From: a virus
Taxonomy: Duplodnaviria; Caudoviricetes
IMG/VR virus record: IMGVR_UViG_3300046534_000199
Coordinates: 1 to 26,459 of that record
Direction: 5' to 3' (one strand)
DNA: 26,459 nt
In this document: positions 17,990 to 25,100 of the stretch, piece by piece
How positions within the stretch are numbered: position 1 is the first letter of the stretch
Layout: every line of letters starts with the position of its first letter
Notes under the pieces: model-generated
Told to the model about the DNA's origin: nothing
Seen by the model: only the letters and a program-made list of their open reading frames with translations
The model's database searches: none
Position numbers and translations under genes: made by a program

Positions 17990-19567
17990 TTAATGTTCCT
18001 TGTTATTGTATATATGCTTCGATAACCAGTCGTAAGCACTAAGCTGGGTTTTTACAGCAGCTTTCCATTGTTTTATTTTGTTGCGTCTATCATACAAAAA
18101 CTTGTCACATAGATCACGCATACTTATTTGTAAGCCTAATTCTTGCTTTGAAATATCTATCTCATTATATACATTGTAGTTCATGCCATTAGCTATACAA
18201 ACAATACCTGCTTTTCCAGAATGTTTAAGTGTGGCTGTTTTCTTTATGTATAAGTCATTAAAGCCGCTTGAACTGTTTTCTAAGTTTGGATCATAAACTC
18301 TTGCTCTATTTTTATTCCAGTAATCAGAATCGCTTCTTATAGTTAATGTATAATGCAATGCAACAAATTGTGCAAAATTATGATAAAACTTTCTTGTGTG
18401 TGCATTATACACATCGCGATCAAATTGGTTAATTACAGGGCGATCTGCATGTCGACAAAATTCTAAAATAAACTCATGCACACTTAATAAGCCATTACTT
18501 TCTAAAGGTTCAATAAATGCAGCAGCTAATCCAATACCTAAAACATTCTTTACCCATGTACGCTCGTATATACCTGTCTTAAAGTTAATATTTCTAAAAT
18601 TAAGATCGTCAGTAACCCTATTGGGGTTATGTAATGTCATTTTATCTGAATTAAGATGATCTTTAAATTCTTGTAGAGCGTCTTCGTCTGATATAAACTC
18701 ATCTGAATATACATACCCTGTACCTATCCTAGACCAAAGTGGAATATTCCAAACCCAACCATTACTTAATGCAGTACAATTTGTATACACTTCTAATTCT
18801 TTTTCTTTATCAGTATACGGTACTTGCACAGCCCATGCTTTGTTATTTGGTAAAATATCACTATAAGATACAAACGGTTCTTCTAATGCTTTGCCTAATA
18901 GTAAACTTTCAAATCCAGTACAGTCTACATAAAGGTCTGCTTGTAACTCTGTACCGTCTTCGAGTATTATTTTAGATATGCCGTTGTCGTCAGTAGGTGC
19001 ATCTTTAACTGTTCCTACTACGTGCTTAACACCTCGAGGTATGCAGTAACGATCTTTAAGATACTGTCCAAACAATAAAGAATCAAAATGGAAGGCTGTA
19101 TTATAATCAAACCTGAAATCATCAAGGCCATTGTCTTCATTAGTTGATATTTTGTTTTCATTTACTAATGCCATTACAGGCCAAAAGTTTTCAGCAAAGT
19201 CACTAGAGTGTGTTTCGGGATAATACGCTTTTTTTAATGACCAATGATTATAATTAACGTCATCAGTTTCTATAGGGTCTCCAAAGGGGTAATGAAATCC
19301 ACCATAGTCTTTATCATAAAAGTCAGTAAATTTAATACTAAGCTTATACGTACCGTTTGTATGTTGTAAGAAGTCCTTGTCGTCTATTCCAAGGTAGTTG
19401 GTCCAATCTCGGATAAATCCTAGTGTACTTTCACCTACACCTACTTTAGGAATATCAGCACTTTCTACTAGTGTAATATCTTTGTTAGGAAATTTCCTAA
19501 CGAGGGTTGAAGCAGCCATCCATCCAGCTGAGCCTCCGCCAACTACTATTATACTATTAAATGCCAT
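17990..19567 (-). CDS. Flavin-dependent halogenase (tryptophan halogenase PrnA-like family)
   Basis: VVGGGSAGW, GVGEST, candidate catalytic Lys in TYKLSIKF, DCTGF, WVWNIP (WxWxIP), FIEPLESNG. Confidence 0.92.
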   Translation of the reverse strand: MAFNSIIVVGGGSAGWMAASTLVRKFPNKDITLVESADIPKVGVGESTLGFIRDWTNYLGIDDKDFLQHTNGTYKLSIKFTDFYDKDYGGFHYPFGDPIETDDVNYNHWSLKKAYYPETHSSDFAENFWPVMALVNENKISTNEDNGLDDFRFDYNTAFHFDSLLFGQYLKDRYCIPRGVKHVVGTVKDAPTDDNGISKIILEDGTELQADLYVDCTGFESLLLGKALEEPFVSYSDILPNNKAWAVQVPYTDKEKELEVYTNCTALSNGWVWNIPLWSRIGTGYVYSDEFISDEDALQEFKDHLNSDKMTLHNPNRVTDDLNFRNINFKTGIYERTWVKNVLGIGLAAAFIEPLESNGLLSVHEFILEFCRHADRPVINQFDRDVYNAHTRKFYHNFAQFVALHYTLTIRSDSDYWNKNRARVYDPNLENSSSGFNDLYIKKTATLKHSGKAGIVCIANGMNYNVYNEIDISKQELGLQISMRDLCDKFLYDRRNKIKQWKAAVKTQLSAYDWLSKHIYNNKEH

Positions 19568-19570
19568 AAA

Positions 19571-19617
19571 AATGCCTCCGTTACTGTTATTTAAGTATAA
19601 CAGTGATTGGAGGCATT
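19571..19617 (-). promoter_or_regulatory. Imperfect inverted repeat pairing the halogenase Shine-Dalgarno; possible terminator
   Basis: Minus strand AATGCCTCC-AATC-ACTGTTAT-[ACTTAA]-ATAACAGT-AAC-GGAGGCATT then TTT-ATG: 9-bp plus 8-bp stems. Confidence 0.8.
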
Positions 19618-19622
19618 GTCAA
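19594..19622 (-). promoter_or_regulatory. sigma70-type promoter for the tailoring operon, with adjoining TAAATA
   Basis: TTGACA (19622-19617), 17-nt spacer ending TGT (extended -10), TATACT (19599-19594), immediately followed by TAAATA. Confidence 0.8.
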
Positions 19623-19629
19623 GTGGTTT

Positions 19630-20190
19630 TTACAGTGGTTCGCCTGTTTCTGGATGACGCGGAGTAGGTGCGTTTGATAGATTATCAAACTCTCCTGGTT
19701 CAGTTGTTCCTGGGCGCATTGGCCAGTCTATATCATGCAGTGTATCAATGTCAGCCCAAACTATTGTAGTTGGTAAGTCTCGAACAGCTTGTCTATAAGT
19801 TGCCCAAGTTGCTTTGACTGAGTCACTTAACGGCGAATCAGGCATTTGTGTCCAATCGCTGAGCATTAACAAGCTTTCTCTAGTACGAGTTAAAAATCGA
19901 TCCTGTTTTTCAGCATCTGATAATGCTGTAACAACCCATTCTTGTGTAAATGTTCCGTCACCATTATCAGTAATGTCGCCTTCTTCAGTATCTGATCCTG
20001 TCATGCCATTAGCATAAGTAAGATCAGAATCTGCGATTCCTACATAACCAGCAGCAGCAAGTTCTTCTATAGTAAAGTCCCAAGTTCCCATTACTGCCAT
20101 AATGTTATTAGCAACATACACGCCTGTGTCAGATGCATCTAGGGCACCATTTTCATCTATTTTTCTATATGTTATGTTTTGCATATCCAT
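19630..20190 (-). CDS. Tail fibre assembly chaperone (Phage_tail_APC-like)
   Basis: RESLLMLSDWTQMPDSPL...WATYRQAVRDLP...IDWP; directly downstream of the fibre/adhesin gene. Confidence 0.85.
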   Translation of the reverse strand: MDMQNITYRKIDENGALDASDTGVYVANNIMAVMGTWDFTIEELAAAGYVGIADSDLTYANGMTGSDTEEGDITDNGDGTFTQEWVVTALSDAEKQDRFLTRTRESLLMLSDWTQMPDSPLSDSVKATWATYRQAVRDLPTTIVWADIDTLHDIDWPMRPGTTEPGEFDNLSNAPTPRHPETGEPL

Positions 20191-20211
20191 GTTTTATATG
20201 TCCTTTATCTA

Positions 20212-21735
20212 TTATAAGTTGTGTGTGTTACAGCAAGGCCAGCATCTGCTGTCGCCCCACAAAATGCGTACTGTGCCAGGTCCGCCCCAGCCGCCTGCAT
20301 TACCAGTACCGCCGCCGCCGCCGCCGCCGCCGTAGCAACCACCGCAACTATGACCGTTTTGATTTCCGTTTGACCATGGTTCGCCTGGCTTGCCACAGGT
20401 ACCGCCTGAGCCGCCTTGGCCTCCGGCGCCTGTTTGGTGTGAGTAACCTGCGTTAGAACAGTGGCCGCAACTTGCTGGACTTGTAGCATAACAACACATT
20501 CCACATGCGCCAGTACCGCCACCACCACCAGTTCCGTGTGTTGAACTGTGGTGACTTGTACCAGATCCGCCGCCGCCGCCACAACCGCAATAGTTTGAAG
20601 TGGTGGAATTTGCTGGTGCAGCGCCACAATAGCCAGCAGCGCCTCCGCCTCCGCCGGCTGTACCAGGGTAAGCAATCATTCCGTAACTACCGCAACATGT
20701 GCCAGTGCCGTCTGTTACTGCGCCAATGGAATAACAACCGCCGTAGCAACCACAACAGCCACCACATGCATTCATTCCTGGCCAACATGAACATCCGCCG
20801 GTGGTACTATTCCAGCAGCCTGCGCGTCCAACTTGGATACAATAATTACTTCCAGGAGATACTGGAATATTATTAGCCCATACTCTACCGCCACCGTGTC
20901 CGCCACAAACAGCCCACTGATAGTTGCCGCCGCCTCCTGCGCCGCCTGCCATAACGTGTACCTTAGTTACACCAGCTGGTGCAGTCCAGCTATACGAGCA
21001 TTGCCCGCCATTCTGACCGTATGCACCGTTATATTGTTGTTGTCCTAGTACTACAGAGAACTGAACTTGCTTACTAAATGCTTGGGTTCTATATACGCCT
21101 GCTGGCATGGCGGCGTTACGAACACCTAATGTAAAGTTATAAGTGTTAGTTGATGGACTTGGTGGACCTGCCCAGTTTAACAAACCTCCGTTAGTTAATG
21201 TTGGAGTAACACCCGAAGCACTTGCTAAGTTACCTAAAGTTGTTATAGACCATTCAGTTGGTGAGCCGGTTGCTGCAAACTGAATGTTACCATCAAATAT
21301 CTCTACTGAACTGTTATTCAGTGTAATTGCTGGATAGCCGTTAGTTGTACTAACATTTATTACAACATCTACTTCATATACTTTATTATATTTTGTATCA
21401 GTAATATCTAATTTAAGTACTGATAGTGCAATCATACTAGACGCTGCACCTGTTAATGTGCCTGAGCTTGATATAGACAGTCCGTATTGGGCTCCGTCGC
21501 GCCAAGCAAATGTATAAACAGAGTCACCAAACGCACCAGTAACTGATAATGTTGTGTTTAGTGTTTCGTTAGCGTTTACAAAGTCAGGAAGAGGATCTCT
21601 GTCCAGAGACGCTCCTCCAGCTAAAACAAATCCGGTGCCATTACTTGTTAGTACCAGTCCGGAGTTCAACGTATTTGGATCTTCCAGTTGGTGGCCACTG
21701 CCTTTGTTTTTTGATAATCCTATAAATCTTCCCAT
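20212..21735 (-). CDS. Tail fibre/adhesin with beta-rich (Ig-like) N-terminus and Gly-rich, Cys-rich C-terminal domain
   Basis: WTAPAGVTKVHV..GGAGGGG ... GGPGTVRILW bounds a phage glycine-rich domain; 27 Cys in residues 246-507 and none before; followed by a chaperone gene. Confidence 0.8.
   Translation of the reverse strand: MGRFIGLSKNKGSGHQLEDPNTLNSGLVLTSNGTGFVLAGGASLDRDPLPDFVNANETLNTTLSVTGAFGDSVYTFAWRDGAQYGLSISSSGTLTGAASSMIALSVLKLDITDTKYNKVYEVDVVINVSTTNGYPAITLNNSSVEIFDGNIQFAATGSPTEWSITTLGNLASASGVTPTLTNGGLLNWAGPPSPSTNTYNFTLGVRNAAMPAGVYRTQAFSKQVQFSVVLGQQQYNGAYGQNGGQCSYSWTAPAGVTKVHVMAGGAGGGGNYQWAVCGGHGGGRVWANNIPVSPGSNYCIQVGRAGCWNSTTGGCSCWPGMNACGGCCGCYGGCYSIGAVTDGTGTCCGSYGMIAYPGTAGGGGGAAGYCGAAPANSTTSNYCGCGGGGGSGTSHHSSTHGTGGGGGTGACGMCCYATSPASCGHCSNAGYSHQTGAGGQGGSGGTCGKPGEPWSNGNQNGHSCGGCYGGGGGGGGTGNAGGWGGPGTVRILWGDSRCWPCCNTHNL
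20311..20331 (-). repeat. (GGC)7 trinucleotide run encoding polyglycine
   Basis: gccgccgccgccgccgccgcc on the + strand. Confidence 0.9.
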
Positions 21736-21761
21736 TGTTGCTTCCTTTTATGCGTTAATTA

Positions 21762-21774
21762 TATTTATATTTAT
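21762..21774 (-). promoter_or_regulatory. T4 late promoter consensus TATAAATA with an overlapping ATAAATA
   Basis: Minus strand ATAAATATAAATA, then AAGGA SD and ATG at 21735. Confidence 0.7.
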
Positions 21775-22088
21775 GCTGCTGTTTCGATGCCAACAACAAC
21801 CGCACTAACGGACGCTTGGCTCGAAAGCACAACAATTTTCTGTGTGGCAGCTAATACTATACCAGTACGTTCTAAAACGTTCTTAGCTAGTAAAACTGTC
21901 TCAAATTCTATATATTCTCCCACTAGTGGGGTATCAGCGTCTGCAATTGCTATGCTAATATTAGACGTTGCTGCGCCTCTATTGCATATTGTTACACTAG
22001 CAACAGTATATGTTGCTGCTGGGGTTAAGTACACTGTTGCGAGCGTTGCTGCGCTCATATCTTGTGCTGCTAATCTTCCTGTGGCCAT
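21771..22088 (-). CDS. Small virion structural protein
   Basis: 105-aa beta-rich ORF (TVY..PA...VTICNRG...LERTGIVL) between two fibre-like genes; GGAG SD upstream. Confidence 0.6.
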   Translation of the reverse strand: MATGRLAAQDMSAATLATVYLTPAATYTVASVTICNRGAATSNISIAIADADTPLVGEYIEFETVLLAKNVLERTGIVLAATQKIVVLSSQASVSAVVVGIETAA

Positions 22089-22103
22089 GTTATCTATTCT
22101 CCA

Positions 22104-25100
22104 TTATGATGATAAAAAGTAATTTAATGCAACTGGTGCACCTTTAATACCGCCAGTAAAATTAACTTTCTGTGTTATATTTATCTGTGCGTTAGTAGTT
22201 GTTGTTATTTCTTGTCCTGATATTTTTACGACTCCAGCTGTCATACTGTTTACATTAAGCTCACCTGCACCTCCACCAATCTGTGAAGCAATGTAAGTTT
22301 TAATTGCTTTTTGTGTTGGAACAATAGAATCACTATTAGCAGTAAATGTACCATCTACACTAAATTCAGTAATTGTTGCGCCTGTACCGCCAAGTGCAAC
22401 TGCACCTAGTTGTAGTTCGTTTAGTCCAGTAATGTTAAACGCATCAGCGTTAAGTGTAGCTACACCAGTTGCCTGTTCTACGTTAAACAATCCGCCAACT
22501 CTAAAGTTACCATCTTGGTCAGTAGTTGTGTAGAATACTCTGCCACCTCCTCCAACAACAGTTTCGTTTGCTGGTATTGGTGCTGTTCCTGGTGCGCCTG
22601 GATAGTTAGTATTTGCAAAGTTACCTGTACCAACGTCTAGGAAATCGTGTCCTGTTAGACGTACTTGTGAATACCTAATACGTACTGATATAGCTGCATC
22701 ATCTGCAGGTGCATCTGTAATAGTCATTGCAGGACTAATTTGGAACTGCGCTGAGTATGGTCCTGATCCAGTAGTGTTTCTAATAGCTACAAGCTTATAG
22801 TAATTACTATCGCCAGCAATAGTTAAGTTGGCGCCCGCTTGTGGAAGTGCTGTTACTCCACTTACATTAATAAGTGTTCCAGGTTGGAACATGTCTGCAT
22901 AACCGTCACCAACTATTGTTGCTGCTGCTGTTGCAAATCCTGTACCTCTGTTAGTCCAAGTAGGCTGTGCTAATACACCGTTACCAATTCTAACAGTATG
23001 CGGAACATCTACAGTGTTACTTGGATCTGTAAGTGTCAATGTAGGTGCGCTGCTATACCCTACACCTGGATGCCATATTGTAACCAATGCAATTTTTCCA
23101 TCTGCTACATATGCTCTGCCTTTAGCAGTACTTGCATATAAATTATCTGCAGGTGCAGTAAATGTTACTCTTGGTTCAATTGAATATGTAGTAGTTGCGT
23201 CAAGTACTGATTCTATAGCAACACCAGTTACATGGTCCCAGCCTGCACTGTCATCACTCATCTTTTTAACAGTTGCAACTTTTGTGCCGCTATTGTATGT
23301 GTCAACGTAAGCATATTGACCTGCGCCTGTGCCGTTTGTAATATATATTGCCATACCTACGTATGCTGCACTAAGTTTTACATCAGTGTTAGATATAGTA
23401 ATTTGTGTTGCTGTGCCTTCTTGAGCAACGTTAGCGTTTTTAACATACCCTGCTCCGCCTTTGTTAGCAGCAGGATCAGTAAGTCTAACTTCAAACACAC
23501 CGCCGTTTACAACAACTGGGCTGTTAATAGCTGCACTATAACCTTCGCCTGAAGGTGTTATAGTTGTGCCGCCTGCTGTATATCCAACACCTGCGTTTGT
23601 ATATTCAATAATAAGAATGTTATTATCGTCTGTTAATACGTGTTTTGAGAACGCTTCTAAAGCAAAGTTATCAACATTACCAGTTACTGGTACTTCTGTT
23701 GCATCAACGCCTTCAGCAACAGTACCAAACGTACCATATGAACTGTTACCGTTTGTTGCACGAATCTTGCCGCCATTTTCTGCTAAGTAGCCGATGTGGC
23801 CGTAGTATGAGAACACACTAACAAGTTCTGCTCTTCCTAAGTTAGTAACCCAGCAACCAATTCCGTCACTAATGATTTGCGTAAAGTCGTTTGCAACAAT
23901 ACTGTCGTTGCCTCCGGCATGTAAGTCGCCGTCTATCTTTAGACCAACACAGCCAGTACCAAATGTAGTTACGTTTTGTACATATGGAGATTTGTTTGCA
24001 ATCCAAGCGCCTGTATGTGCAGTTCCCCAACCTGGGTCTAAACTTACAAATGCTCCTGCACTTGGACGTTTAGTTCCAAATGCGTTGTTAGAACCAAGTG
24101 TTCCTGTTAGTCCTGATATTGTACAGTTACGTAAGCCTGTTCCGTTGCGCATGTAGAACATATCTTCAAGTGCTGAACCGTATACTGAGTTAGCATATAA
24201 CCGTGCAGCTAATAATGACTTGTAATTACCTGTGTAAATTAAATCCCATTGTATAGCATCTAAGTAGCTATTAACATCTCTTGAGCATGCTGCAATACTA
24301 TAAGTGTAAGAAGGATGTTGATCTGCAACATATGCATGAACTTCAGCTACTAAGAACGCTCTGTTTGCTTCAATAGTTTCTACAGCATATGTATAACCAG
24401 TTGTGGAGTTTGCATCGTTTGTTCCATAAGTTACAGGAACAGTCGAATCTCCCGATACTCCATTTACACGGTAGTCAGTATAATCATAAATCTGTGTCCA
24501 AAGGTTAGCTGCAAATGCTCCTGCTGCTGCGCTGCCTGCTGGAGAAGTTGTTACTTGAGTTAATGCGTTTCCTGTTGTTTTAGTTACAGCAGAGTTAGTA
24601 ACAATGTCACTTGTAATAACTGCCATTCTAGCATATACATCTAACGAGATAGTTGTGTCTCCTACTGCTGTTACGCTACCAGCTGGAGTTATTCTTGTTG
24701 AACGTAGTTCGTCTCCTACAACTGCTGTATTTTCAGGGACAACAATTGGAAGTATTTCTGCAAAGCTTCCTGTTTTAACAAATATAGTGTGCTGTGGCAT
24801 AACTATAGCTGGTACAGCCGTTGTGTTTCCTGCTGTAAGTGCCGAAGTAACTATGCCTATTAGTGTAGTTACTACTGTTGTTGCATCTGATTCTTCAGTA
24901 AGAGTAGCGTCAGTAAATCGAGCTAAACTACCGCGTACTGTTGTCGGAGCAAGATTAGACATAACTGCGTCTGCAAGTGTAATAATGTATGCAAGTCCTG
25001 CAGCAGTTGCAGCTGGTGAAGCATTTACTCCGCCAATGTAAGTAGTGCCGTCGGCTGCATAATATGCCTTTGCTGCTTGTACTGAACGCTGATTGCCACC

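Noticed and set aside
2126-19567. Bacterial LPS or secondary-metabolite cluster
   Set aside because: The enzymes are interleaved with T4-like gp15, tail fibre, chaperone and late promoter motifs, so the context is phage.
20133-20876. Overlapping ORFs with poly-Ala, poly-Arg or poly-Pro (20205-20675 -, 20133-20456 +, 20505-20876 +)
   Set aside because: Alternative-frame shadows of the GGC-rich polyglycine coding sequence.
20212-21000. Cys excess as a sign of genetic-code reassignment or a diversity-generating retroelement target
   Set aside because: Both TGT and TGC are used, Cys frequency is normal in other genes, all three stop codons terminate genes, and no template repeat or reverse transcriptase is visible.
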